Source: an uncultured beta proteobacterium
Lineage (GTDB): Bacteria > Pseudomonadota > Gammaproteobacteria > Burkholderiales > Casimicrobiaceae
Assembly (NCBI GenBank): GCA_963788185.1
Contig: CAWBGE010000013.1
Location: 27,350 to 91,349 of the forward strand
Direction: 5' to 3'
Length of the DNA stretch: 64,000 nucleotides
Part shown: positions 7,524 to 19,285 of the stretch, piece by piece
Layout: every line of letters starts with the position of its first letter
Position numbering within the stretch: position 1 is the stretch's first letter
Translations under genes and position numbers: made by a program
The notes under the pieces: generated by a model
Told to the model about the DNA's origin: nothing
What the model saw: only the letters and a program-made list of their open reading frames with translations
Database searches by the model: none

Positions 7524-8921
7524 ATGGCCAATGCCGCCGCCGCCGATCTCGTCCTCGACACCGATCTGGTGAAGAAATACGACGGGTTCGGTCCCCGCTA
7601 CACCTCGTATCCCACTGCTGACCGCTTTCACGGCGGAGTCCGTGCCGAGCAGTACGTGAACGCGCTCTCGACGCGCAATCACGAGCGGCCGACGGCGCCG
7701 CTTTCGCTGTACGTGCACATCCCGTTCTGCAACACCATCTGTTACTACTGCGCGTGCAACAAGGTGATCACCAAGGATCACGGGCGCTCGGCGAAATACA
7801 TCCGTTACGTGGGCCGGGAGATCGACATCGTCGGCGGCCTGATCGAGGGCGGGCCGAAAGTCGAGCAGCTGCACTGGGGCGGCGGCACGCCGACGTTCCT
7901 CGCCCGCGACGAGATGACCACCCTCATGGGGATGCTGCGCGGCGGCTTCGAGTTCTCGCCGCAGGCGGAAGTCTCGATCGAAGTCGATCCGCGCAAGGTC
8001 GGCGCCGACACGATCGTGTTCCTGAGCGAGCTCGGGTTCAATCGCATCTCGGTCGGCATCCAGGATTTCGATCCGGCGGTGCAGGAGGCGGTCAACCGCA
8101 TCCAGACCGAGGCCGAGACGATGACGGTGATCGAAGCGGCGCGCGCCAACGGCTTCGTGTCGGTGAACGCGGACCTGATCTACGGCCTGCCGCGGCAGTC
8201 GGTGGCGGGGTTCTCGGCCACGCTCGACAAGGTGATCGCGGTCGCGCCCGATCGCATCGCGCTCTACAGCTACGCGCACGTGCCGCACCTGTTCAAGCCG
8301 CAGCGGCGCATCGACATCGACGCCATGCCCGCGCCGGAGACCAAGCTCGCGATCCTGGCGCTCGCCATCGAGAAGCTCGGCGCGGCCGGCTACGTCTACA
8401 TCGGCATGGACCACTTCGCCAAGCCGACCGACGAACTCGCGGTCGCGCAGGCGAACCGAAAGCTGCACCGGAACTTCCAGGGCTACTCGACCAAGCCCGA
8501 CTGCGACATGCTGGCCTTCGGCATCTCGGCGATCGGCAAGGTCGGCGCGTCGTACGTCGCCAACGTGAAGACGCTGGACGAGTACTACGACAAGCTCGAC
8601 GCCAACGAGCTGCCGGTGATGCGCGGCGTCGAGCTCAACGCCGACGATCTCCTGCGTCGCAACGTCATCCAGAAGCTGATGTGCAATTTCGAGCTCGACT
8701 TCGCCGAGGTCGGGGCCGAGTACGGGATGCCGTTCGCCGAGTACTTCGCGCCGGATCTCGCGGCGTTGAAGCCGCTCGCTGTCGATGGCCTGGTCGAGCT
8801 CGACGGTCGATCGGTGCGCGTCACCGCGCGAGGGCGCCTGCTGGTGCGGACGGTGGCGATGCACTTCGACCGCTACCTGCGCGAGGCGCAGGCCAAGGCG
8901 CAGTACTCGAAGGTGATCTGA
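7524..8921 (+). CDS. hemN: Oxygen-independent coproporphyrinogen III oxidase (radical SAM)
   Basis: The radical SAM motif HIPFCNTICYYCACN is present. The protein is full length (465 aa) and HemN-like throughout (YTSYPT, QLHWGGGTPTF, GISAIG). Confidence 0.95.
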   Translation: MANAAAADLVLDTDLVKKYDGFGPRYTSYPTADRFHGGVRAEQYVNALSTRNHERPTAPLSLYVHIPFCNTICYYCACNKVITKDHGRSAKYIRYVGREIDIVGGLIEGGPKVEQLHWGGGTPTFLARDEMTTLMGMLRGGFEFSPQAEVSIEVDPRKVGADTIVFLSELGFNRISVGIQDFDPAVQEAVNRIQTEAETMTVIEAARANGFVSVNADLIYGLPRQSVAGFSATLDKVIAVAPDRIALYSYAHVPHLFKPQRRIDIDAMPAPETKLAILALAIEKLGAAGYVYIGMDHFAKPTDELAVAQANRKLHRNFQGYSTKPDCDMLAFGISAIGKVGASYVANVKTLDEYYDKLDANELPVMRGVELNADDLLRRNVIQKLMCNFELDFAEVGAEYGMPFAEYFAPDLAALKPLAVDGLVELDGRSVRVTARGRLLVRTVAMHFDRYLREAQAKAQYSKVI

Positions 8922-8924
8922 CGA

Positions 8925-9182
8925 TCAGTGCCTCGGGCGCGGCGCCGCGATCGGGCCGCGGCCCTCGATGTGCCGGAAAGTGATCCGTCCCTTGGACAGA
9001 TCGTACGGCGAAAGCTCCAGCGAAACCTTGTCGCCCGCGATGATGCGGATGTGGTGCTTGCGCATCTTGCCCGCGCTGTAGGCGACGAGGTTGTGGCCGT
9101 TCTCGAGCGTGACGCGATAGCGGGCGTCGGGCAGTACTTCCTGCACGACGCCATTCATTTCGAGGAGTTGTTCCTTGGCCAT
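8925..9182 (-). CDS. infA: Translation initiation factor IF-1 (85 aa, short C-terminal extension)
   Basis: [70 protein letters not shown] aligns along its length with E. coli IF1 as I remember it. Confidence 0.93.
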   Translation of the reverse strand: MAKEQLLEMNGVVQEVLPDARYRVTLENGHNLVAYSAGKMRKHHIRIIAGDKVSLELSPYDLSKGRITFRHIEGRGPIAAPRPRH

Positions 9183-9202
9183 TGCCGCGCCTGCCCCTGC
9201 GT

Positions 9203-9409
9203 TCAGGTTGCCGCGCGGATGTTCGACGCCTGCAGCCCCTTGGGCCCGGTCGTGACGTCAAAGCTGACCCGCTGACCCTCGGCCAGTGTCTTGAAGCCCT
9301 GCTCCTGAATCGCGGAAAAATGGGCGAAGAGATCCTTGCTGCCGTCTTCCGGGGTGATGAAGCCAAAGCCCTTGGAATCGTTGAACCACTTTACTGTGCC
9401 GTTTGCCAT
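9203..9409 (-). CDS. Cold-shock protein, CspA family (68 aa)
   Basis: [35 protein letters not shown] carries the RNP1/RNP2 motifs KGFGFI and DLFAHF. The stop lies 20 nt upstream of infA on the same strand. Confidence 0.93.
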   Translation of the reverse strand: MANGTVKWFNDSKGFGFITPEDGSKDLFAHFSAIQEQGFKTLAEGQRVSFDVTTGPKGLQASNIRAAT

Positions 9410-9552
9410 GTCTTGAGTATCCTGAAAAAAGCGGGGGGAGGCCCCCAGGGTGGGGCGACGGTCAAGACGGCGGGATGGTGAAGGGAGAAGTACCGCAGGA
9501 CTGCGGGTACTGAACCGGACAACAACAACACAACTTGAAGATCGCTGCAAGG

Positions 9553-9581
9553 ATTATACGCGGCATCGTCAGGATATGCAA
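9553..9581 (-). promoter_or_regulatory. Sigma70-type promoter for the csp-infA unit (TTGCAT-17-TATAAT)
   Basis: The minus strand reads TTGCAT (9581-9576), a 17-nt spacer, then TATAAT (9558-9553). An AT-rich stretch lies upstream. This implies a leader of about 135 nt, in line with the long 5' UTRs of cspA genes. The leader contains a hairpin at about 9490-9512. Confidence 0.55.
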
Positions 9582-9776
9582 ATAAAATCAATGGCTTTTG
9601 CGTTGGCCCGGGAGGCGTGACGCGTGCTGCCTCAACCGAAAAACCATCCGCGGGATCTTTCAACATCCACAATCGGCTGGTCTGCGAGATTTTCGCAAAG
9701 GAACGAAAAGTTCGCGTCCTTCGAATGTGGACCCACCATGAATGAGATTCCCCGGCAACTTTCGACCCAAGCCCGC

Positions 9777-10319
9777 TCAGGGCGGCAGCGCAGCCGCGCC
9801 GAGACCGCGCCGCGCCGCCATTTCGCGGCTCACCTCCACCAGTGCCGACGGCGGGAGGAGCGCGCCTGCGAGCGGGATCAATTCGGCCTCTTCTCGGGCG
9901 ATGTGCAGGTCGTAGGCGCGCCGAATCTCGATGACCTGCCTCGGGCCGAGATTCGCCCGCGCACCGGCAGCGATGGCGGTGAGCAAGGGGCGCAGATGCA
10001 TCCAGCTGCTCGCCAGCCGGTGATGATCGGCAGCGAGTTCGGCGACGAGCGTTGACGCGACCTGCGGCGCCAGCGCGACCAGCCGGGGGAAGATGCTCTC
10101 CTCCTCGTCCGCATGATGATGGACCGCGGCCGTGTCGAAATACCTGAGTATCCCGCGCGCCGCGCCACGCGCATCGTCGTCGCAGCCGTGCTCCGGCAAG
10201 TGCCGCTGCAATCGGGCGAGCGTCGCGAGCTGCCGCTCGATCCGGCGATGGCACGCCGACAGCATGCCCAGCGGATCGTCGTAGCCCGGAGCCGCGTCGC
10301 CGAGAAGGTCCGAGACCAT
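9777..10319 (-). CDS. Hemerythrin-like (HHE cation-binding) domain protein
   Basis: His/Glu ligand-like motifs are present: CHRRIE, HHHADEEESIFP, DHHRL, HIAREE. The start is 11 nt downstream of the Crp-family gene stop. Confidence 0.75.
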   Translation of the reverse strand: MVSDLLGDAAPGYDDPLGMLSACHRRIERQLATLARLQRHLPEHGCDDDARGAARGILRYFDTAAVHHHADEEESIFPRLVALAPQVASTLVAELAADHHRLASSWMHLRPLLTAIAAGARANLGPRQVIEIRRAYDLHIAREEAELIPLAGALLPPSALVEVSREMAARRGLGAAALPP

Positions 10320-10330
10320 CGTCGTTGGCC

Positions 10331-11053
10331 TCAGCCGCGCGCCAGCGCTGCCAACGCAGTTCGATCGACGACGCGGATGCGTTCGCGGCCGAGGTCGACC
10401 CAGCCGCGATCCTCGAAGTTGCGCAGGAGCCGCGACACGATTTCACGCACGCTGCCAAGCTCGTCGGCGAGGGCCTGATGCGTCGCATGGATATCGCCGA
10501 CGGGAGACTTGCCGACCAGCAGCGCGGCAAGCCGCTGGTCGAGTTTCTGGTAGGCGACCGCCTCGACCACCTGCATCAGCGATGACAGCCGCTCGCCGAA
10601 CATGGCGAAGACGTGGCGGCGAAAAGTCTCGTCGCCGGCGATCAGTGCCTGGAACTCCTGCGGAGGAATCACCAGCAGTTCGACCTCGGTCTCGGCAATG
10701 CCCGAGGCGTCGTAGTTGGCCTGGCCCAGTAGGCAGCTGCCGGACAGCAGGCAGGACTCGCCGGGCTTGACGCGGTACAGCTGCAATTCCCGCCCGTTGG
10801 GATAGCGCTGCAGCACCCGTATGCTGCCGCCCAGCACCAGCGGATACCCCGAGCACGGCGAATGCTCGCTGAACATCACCGTACCGGCCGGAACCTTGCG
10901 ATAAACGCTCGCCCGGACCAGGCGCTCGAGGGTTTCGCGCGGCGCGGGCGCCAGCGAAGGAAACGATGCGACGACGCGCGCCGCGAGGGGCGACAGTCCA
11001 TCGATCACGGGGGCGGGCATGGCGGGCAAGGGTGGCGGCTGGGGGGGGCGCAA
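10331..11053 (-). CDS. Crp/Fnr-family transcriptional regulator (no FNR-type N-terminal Cys cluster)
   Basis: A cNMP-binding-like beta-roll (GTVMFSEHSPCSGYPLVLGGSIRV) is followed by a C-terminal HTH, ATHQALADELGSVREIVSRLLRNFEDRGWV. An alternative start exists at 11020. Confidence 0.85.
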   Translation of the reverse strand: MRPPQPPPLPAMPAPVIDGLSPLAARVVASFPSLAPAPRETLERLVRASVYRKVPAGTVMFSEHSPCSGYPLVLGGSIRVLQRYPNGRELQLYRVKPGESCLLSGSCLLGQANYDASGIAETEVELLVIPPQEFQALIAGDETFRRHVFAMFGERLSSLMQVVEAVAYQKLDQRLAALLVGKSPVGDIHATHQALADELGSVREIVSRLLRNFEDRGWVDLGRERIRVVDRTALAALARG

Positions 11054-11118
11054 ACGGCAATCCAGCCGGGATTCTACAATGCGAAACCTCGCCAGTTTCC
11101 TGGCGCCAATCTCCCGCC

Positions 11119-11784
11119 ATGGATCTGACCCGAATCACCCTGCCCCCGGAATGGGCCGCGCTCGGCTGGTGCATCGCCATTCCCGCGCTCGCCCTGGCCG
11201 CGCGGCGCGCGCCGTGGAAGCGGTTCGCCGACGGCGAGCAGGTCCATGTCTGGTACGGAACCATCTTTGCCGTGCTGATGCTCTGGAACCTCCAGGCCAC
11301 CGTCGGTGAAGGATTCACCTTCCACCTGCTTGGAGTGGCGGCTTTGACGCTGATCGCCGGGCCGCCTTTGGCGCTCATCGGTGCGGCGCTGGCCGTCGCC
11401 GTGGTGATGCTTGTACGAGGCGGCGTGCCGGCGAGTGCCGGGCTTGCCTGGTGCACGATGGTGCTGGTTCCCGCCGGCGTATCGTGGCTGACGCTGCGCT
11501 TCGCCGAGAGGCGCCTGCCGCCCAATTTCTTCGTCTACATCTTCGTCGTCGCGTTCTTCGGCGCGTCGCTGTCGCTGATGGCGGCGGGGTTCGCCAGCGC
11601 GGTTGCCCTCACTGCCGGCGCCGGATGGCCGCCGGAACTCGTCTTCGGCGACTACCTGCCCCACCTGCTGTATCTGTCGTTCGGCGAGGGAACGCTCACC
11701 GGCATGGCGCTCACGCTGATGGTCGTGTATCGCCCGCGGTGGGTCGCCACGTTCGACGACGCCCGCTATATCGACGGCCGTTGA
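11119..11784 (+). CDS. Polytopic inner-membrane protein, unknown function (221 aa)
   Basis: About six hydrophobic segments and good GC3 periodicity. The family could not be identified by eye. Confidence 0.65.
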   Translation: MDLTRITLPPEWAALGWCIAIPALALAARRAPWKRFADGEQVHVWYGTIFAVLMLWNLQATVGEGFTFHLLGVAALTLIAGPPLALIGAALAVAVVMLVRGGVPASAGLAWCTMVLVPAGVSWLTLRFAERRLPPNFFVYIFVVAFFGASLSLMAAGFASAVALTAGAGWPPELVFGDYLPHLLYLSFGEGTLTGMALTLMVVYRPRWVATFDDARYIDGR

Positions 11785-11829
11785 CCGACCGCGGAGTGGC
11801 GGCAATTCGCCGCAGCATCCGCGCAGGAA

Positions 11830-11847
11830 ATGTGATTCAGGTCACAT
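11830..11847 (+). promoter_or_regulatory. Perfect CRP-type palindrome A-TGTGA-TTCAGG-TCACA-T
   Basis: TGTGA (11831-35), a 6-nt spacer, TCACA (11842-46). The centre lies 67.5 nt upstream of the ATG at 11906. CATACT (11868-73) sits where a -10 would be if the site were centred at -41.5. Confidence 0.6.
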
Positions 11848-11905
11848 AGTTGACGCCGCGCGACCTCCATACTTTGAAGCTTCAACAACGTATCGGAGGT
11901 GGGTC

Positions 11906-12100
11906 ATGGAAACCAACGTCGGCGGGACCGACCGCATCGTGCGCATCGTGGTTGGGGTCGCGCTGCTTTCACTTGTGTTCATCCTCGACGGTGGCAACCG
12001 GTGGTGGGGTCTCGTCGGCCTCGCGCTGCTGGCGACGGGTCTCTTGCGCTGGTGCCCCGCGTACATCCCATTCGGCATCAAGACCTGCCGCGGCAAGTGA
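11906..12100 (+). CDS. DUF2892-like small membrane protein (64 aa)
   Basis: An RBS (GGAGG) is 8 nt upstream. There are two TM segments and a C-terminal WCPAYIPFGIKTC motif typical of the YgaP-C/DUF2892 family (from memory). Confidence 0.75.
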   Translation: METNVGGTDRIVRIVVGVALLSLVFILDGGNRWWGLVGLALLATGLLRWCPAYIPFGIKTCRGK

Positions 12101-12108
12101 GCATTCCG

Positions 12109-13197
12109 ATGCAAGGTTTCGCTGACCGGCGGCTCGCCCGGCTTCTTCTTGCCAGTGCAACGGCGCTGCTGTTCGCGCAGCCCGGAAGTGCGTCGGCCCA
12201 AACGCCGCCGCCGGCGGCGAATGTCGGTCCCACGCTCGAGGTAGCCGTGCGCGAACTGGCGCAGACGATTCAAGCCGAGGGCGTGGTGGAGGCCGTGCGG
12301 CAGGCGACACTGGGCGCCCAGGTGGCCGGGCGCATCGTCGAACTCGCGGTGAAAGCGGGCGACACGGTGCGCGCCGGGCAGGTGCTGGCGCGCATCGACG
12401 CGCGAACCGCCAACCAGGCAGTGGCCGCCAGCCAGTCGCAGGTCGCCGAAGCCGAGGCGAATCTCGGCAACGCCAGGCGCAAGCACGAGCGCAACCAGAG
12501 CCTGCTCGCGCAGAAGTTCGTCAGCCAGGCAGCGGTCGATCAGTCCGATGCCGAATACAAGGCCGCGCAGGCCCAGCTCGACGCCGTGAGGGCCAACGCC
12601 GGCGTGGCGACCGCGGCGCAGACTTTCAACACCATCACCGCGCCCTATGCCGGCGTGGTCGGCGCCACGCACGCGGAACTGGGCGACATGGCGCAGCCGG
12701 GCCGTGCGCTGGTGACGGTGTTCGATCCGCGCGAGATGCGCGTGACCGCGACGCTGTCGCAGGCGGCGCTCGCGAAGGTGCAGTTGAAGGCGCCGGTTCG
12801 TATCGAGTTGCCGGCGCAAGCCGCAATGGTCACGGCGACGCGCGTCACGCTGCTGCCGCTGGCGGACTCCCGCGCCCACACCAGCCGCGTCCGTCTCGAC
12901 CTGCCGGTGACCGAAGGCGTGCTGCCCGGCCAGTATGCACGCGCGCATTTCGTCACCGGCAGCGTGCGCGCGCTGGCCGTCCCCGCGACGGCACTTCTGA
13001 AACGCGGCGAGGTGACCGCCGTGTACGTGATCGACCGCGATGGTCGGGCGCTGCTGCGTCAGGTGCGCGCCGGCGAGGCGGTCGCCGACGGCCAGGTCGA
13101 GATCCTGTCCGGCCTCGCCGGGGGCGAGCGCATTGCGCAGAACCCGGTGCAGGCGGGCATCGCCGCGTCGGCGATCGGCGCACCGGCCGCCAAGTGA
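12109..13197 (+). CDS. Efflux RND periplasmic adaptor (MFP) subunit
   Basis: The protein has a signal peptide and HlyD-like lipoyl/coiled-coil/barrel segments (QVAGRIVELAVKAGDTVRAGQVLARID ... ITAPYAGVVG). Confidence 0.85.
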   Translation: MQGFADRRLARLLLASATALLFAQPGSASAQTPPPAANVGPTLEVAVRELAQTIQAEGVVEAVRQATLGAQVAGRIVELAVKAGDTVRAGQVLARIDARTANQAVAASQSQVAEAEANLGNARRKHERNQSLLAQKFVSQAAVDQSDAEYKAAQAQLDAVRANAGVATAAQTFNTITAPYAGVVGATHAELGDMAQPGRALVTVFDPREMRVTATLSQAALAKVQLKAPVRIELPAQAAMVTATRVTLLPLADSRAHTSRVRLDLPVTEGVLPGQYARAHFVTGSVRALAVPATALLKRGEVTAVYVIDRDGRALLRQVRAGEAVADGQVEILSGLAGGERIAQNPVQAGIAASAIGAPAAK

Positions 13198-13210
13198 TGA
13201 TGGAACACAC

Positions 13211-16458
<3,248 letters not shown>

Positions 16459-16462
<4 letters not shown>

Positions 16463-16665
16463 ACACCAATCGCATGATCCGCATTTTCGCCGGAGCCTTC
16501 GTGCTCGTGTCACTGGGGCTGGGCGCGCCGGGGAGCCCGCTGTTCGTCAACGCCAACTGGCTGTGGTTCACGGCCTTCGTCGGCGCCAACCTGTTCCAGA
16601 GCGGGTTCACGTGCTTCTGCCCGCTGGAAAAGATACTCCTGAAGCTGGGCGTCAAGGCGGCCTGA
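16459..16665 (+). CDS. Second DUF2892-like small membrane protein (68 aa)
   Basis: The ATG overlaps the RND stop (ATGA). There are two TM segments and an FTCFCPLEKILLKLG motif. Confidence 0.7.
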
Positions 16666-16721
16666 GGGGTGCGTCGCGGCTGTCCTCGATCCGGCACGAC
16701 GAAGTCCCGAATGGCGCTGTT

Positions 16722-16788
16722 CGTAGGAGCGGCTTCAGCCGCGAATCGCAGTCCCGCCAATGCGTTCGCGACTGAAGTCGCTCCTACA
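16722..16788. repeat. REP doublet (REPIN-like), same family as 7344-7407 in opposite orientation
   Basis: CGTAGGAGCGGCTTCAGCCGCGA (16722-44) and TCGCGACTGAAGTCGCTCCTACA (16766-88). The 22-mer GTAGGAGCGGCTTCAGCCGCGA is identical to the reverse complement of 7385-7406. Confidence 0.8.
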
Positions 16789-16954
16789 GCGATTCAATCG
16801 TCCCCCTGTACCCCGCGCCAGCACGGCGCTTGACCCGCACCGCGCCATCTCGCAGTATCTTCACTTTCGCGGTCGCCGCGCCGCTCGCCGAGGCAAGCGC
16901 GCGAAGCTACTGCGTTCAGCGCGCGACGTTCACCACGATCCAGGACCCCCAACC

Positions 16955-17587
16955 ATGCCGGACACGCTCACCGTCGTCGGTCATCCGCTGATCCTGCACA
17001 AGCTCACGATCATGCGCCGCAAGGACACGACGACGGACAATTTTCGCCGTCTGCTGCGGGAGATCGCGCAGTTGCTCGCCTACGAAGTGACCCGCGACCT
17101 GCCGCTCGAAATGGTACCGATCGAAACACCGCTGGCGGCGATCGACGCACCGCAGATCAGCGGCAAGAAGCTGTGTCTGGTGTCGATCCTGCGGGCCGGC
17201 AACGGCATGCTCGACGGCATGCTGGACATCCTGCCTGCAGCGCGCGTCGGGCACATTGGCCTCTACCGCGATCCGAAGACGCTGGCGGCGGTGCAGTACT
17301 ACTTCAAGGTGCCGGAGGATATCGCCGATCGCCTGGTCATCGTCGTCGATCCGATGCTCGCCACCGGTCATTCGGCGGTCGCCGCCATCAACCGCCTGAA
17401 GGAAGCCGGGGCCGTGACGATCAAGTATGTCTGCCTGCTGGCAGCGCCGGAAGGCGTGGCGGCGTTGCAGGCGGGGCATCCCGACATTCCGATCTACACC
17501 ACTGCGATCGACGATCATCTCAACGATCACGGCTACATCGTGCCGGGATTGGGCGACGCCGGGGATCGGTTGTTCGGCACCAAGTAG
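16955..17587 (+). CDS. upp: Uracil phosphoribosyltransferase
   Basis: [41 protein letters not shown] (PRPP-binding motif) and [17 protein letters not shown] are all present. Confidence 0.93.
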   Translation: MPDTLTVVGHPLILHKLTIMRRKDTTTDNFRRLLREIAQLLAYEVTRDLPLEMVPIETPLAAIDAPQISGKKLCLVSILRAGNGMLDGMLDILPAARVGHIGLYRDPKTLAAVQYYFKVPEDIADRLVIVVDPMLATGHSAVAAINRLKEAGAVTIKYVCLLAAPEGVAALQAGHPDIPIYTTAIDDHLNDHGYIVPGLGDAGDRLFGTK

Positions 17588-17621
17588 GTTTGCGCGCGAC
17601 GCTGCCGATGAGGCTTTGAGT

Positions 17622-17886
17622 GTGAGCGCGCACCCGGTCGTTCACTGGTCCGAGGACGGCGAGGCGCGCTCCGCGCGCTGGCGCTCGGAGAGCGGAGTGC
17701 CGCCTCCAGCGCGCGTGGTGATCGCCGACGACTGCATGACGGCCGATCATGCGTATGTCCTCGCGTCCCAAGGGACTGCACTGCTGTGGCGGGGCGATTT
17801 CCAGAATGCGCGCCAGATGCTGATTGCGCTGGCGAGCCGCGCCGACCGCCCGCCGCGCAAGGCGAAGAGATCGGCTACAGTCCGCG
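17622..17886 (+). other. Coding-like segment in a different frame from the downstream methyltransferase (possible N-terminal part of a frameshifted gene)
   Basis: The frame starting at GTG 17622 reads VSAHPVVHWSEDGEARSARWRSESGVPPPARVVIADDCMTADHAYVLASQGTALLWRGDFQNARQMLIALASRADRPPRKAK with GC-rich third positions. Codon quality collapses after about 17870, exactly where the +1 frame becomes coding-like. Confidence 0.35.
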
Positions 17887-18783
17887 ATGACCGCATCGCC
17901 CGCCGAAGCCTTCCATCTCCACCGTCAGGCGCGGTCGCAACGTGCGCGCACGCTGCGCGCGCTGCTGCTGCCGCTCGACGCGGACTACCACGTTCCGCTG
18001 CGACGCGCGCCCGACATTCGTCAAGCCTGTGCGGAAGCCTACGGCCCGGGAGCGGGTGCATCGGTCGCCTCGCTGCGGGAGTTGCTGGGCCTCATCGGCG
18101 CGCACGAGTGGCGCAGCAAGGGAATCGAAATCCCCGCGATCGGCGGCCGAATCCATCCGCACTACGGGGTGTTCGCGCCGATTCGCAGCGAATACGTCGA
18201 TCTGATCGCCAGGGCGCCTCTGCCGGCGCTGATGGCGTCGTCGGGCGTGGCCTTCGACATCGGCACCGGCACGGGCGTGCTGGCCGCAGTGCTCGCGCGG
18301 CGCGGCATCGGTCGCGTGGTCGCCACCGATCAGGATCCCCGCGCGCTGGCCTGCGCTCGCGAGAACCTCGAACGTCTCGGGCTGGCGAAGCACGTGGAAG
18401 TCGTGCAGGCGGACCTTTTCCCCGAAGGGCGGGCCGCGCTGGTGGTGTGCAATCCGCCCTGGATTCCCGCGCGGCCGAGCTCTCCGATGGAGCGCGGGAT
18501 CTACGACCCGGAGAGCCGTATGTTGCGTGGGTTTCTGGCCGCGCTGCCTGCACACCTGGCGCCGCAGGGCGAGGGTTGGCTGATTCTCTCGGATTTTGCG
18601 GAGCACCTGGGGCTGCGAACGAGGTCGGAACTGCTCGCCGCGTTCGACGCAGCCGGACTGGAGGTCGTGGATCGGAGCGATTTGCGGCCGAGACATCCCA
18701 GGGCGTCCGACGAATCCGATCCGCTGCACGCGGCGCGAGCCGCCGAGGTCACATCCCTCTGGCGGCTCGCCGCGCTGAAGTGA
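17887..18783 (+). CDS. Class I SAM-dependent methyltransferase (NPPW motif)
   Basis: SAM-binding motif VAFDIGTGTGVLAAVLA. Catalytic-type motif VVCNPPWIP. The start is uncertain; see the upstream fragment at 17622-17886. Confidence 0.8.
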   Translation: MTASPAEAFHLHRQARSQRARTLRALLLPLDADYHVPLRRAPDIRQACAEAYGPGAGASVASLRELLGLIGAHEWRSKGIEIPAIGGRIHPHYGVFAPIRSEYVDLIARAPLPALMASSGVAFDIGTGTGVLAAVLARRGIGRVVATDQDPRALACARENLERLGLAKHVEVVQADLFPEGRAALVVCNPPWIPARPSSPMERGIYDPESRMLRGFLAALPAHLAPQGEGWLILSDFAEHLGLRTRSELLAAFDAAGLEVVDRSDLRPRHPRASDESDPLHAARAAEVTSLWRLAALK

Positions 18784-18954
18784 TGCTACCGAAGGTGATC
18801 GCGGCGTTTGCTTGTCGGAGGAATCGGGCACCGACCATCGCCCCGCGGCGCAATGAAATCACTACCAGCCCGGACATTCCGGATAACGGGCAATTTTGCT
18901 GTGTTAACGACAGGTCCTGGCCACTGCCGCGCGTAGACTAGGGTTCCATCCCCG

Positions 18955-19263
18955 TTGCAAAGTGGACCCAATATGGACAAGCCCAGCAGCATGCGCGTGA
19001 ACGAAAATATCGACCAAATACACCGGGAAGTCTATTCGCTGCTGGAGAAATTCCTGCACAGCTACCACGCCTGGTTGTACATCAGCGACAAACACAACCC
19101 GATTCTCAATGCCGCCCAAGCCAAAGGCCTGATGCTCGCGCACCGGCAGCGGTGGCTTGACGCCGAAGCTGTCTATGTTGAGTTTCTGTCGCGCCTGGCA
19201 GCGAAGAAGCCCAAGCAAAGCGAGCCATCGAAGGAGGAGCGAGGGACATCGCCGCCTACGTAA
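18955..19263 (+). CDS. Hypothetical protein in a locally lower-GC segment
   Basis: A 102-aa ORF with codon periodicity but atypical composition for this window. I recognise no homologue. Alternative starts exist at M7 and M13. Confidence 0.45.
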   Translation: MQSGPNMDKPSSMRVNENIDQIHREVYSLLEKFLHSYHAWLYISDKHNPILNAAQAKGLMLAHRQRWLDAEAVYVEFLSRLAAKKPKQSEPSKEERGTSPPT

Positions 19264-19285
19264 TACTCGATGTCGAGATATCGGG

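Noticed and set aside
17427-18941. A 504-aa frame-0 ORF running through upp, the spacer and the methyltransferase gene
   Set aside because: Apart from the 17622-17870 segment (reported separately), it is an Arg/Ala/Gly-rich shadow of the methyltransferase frame, with poor third-position bias.
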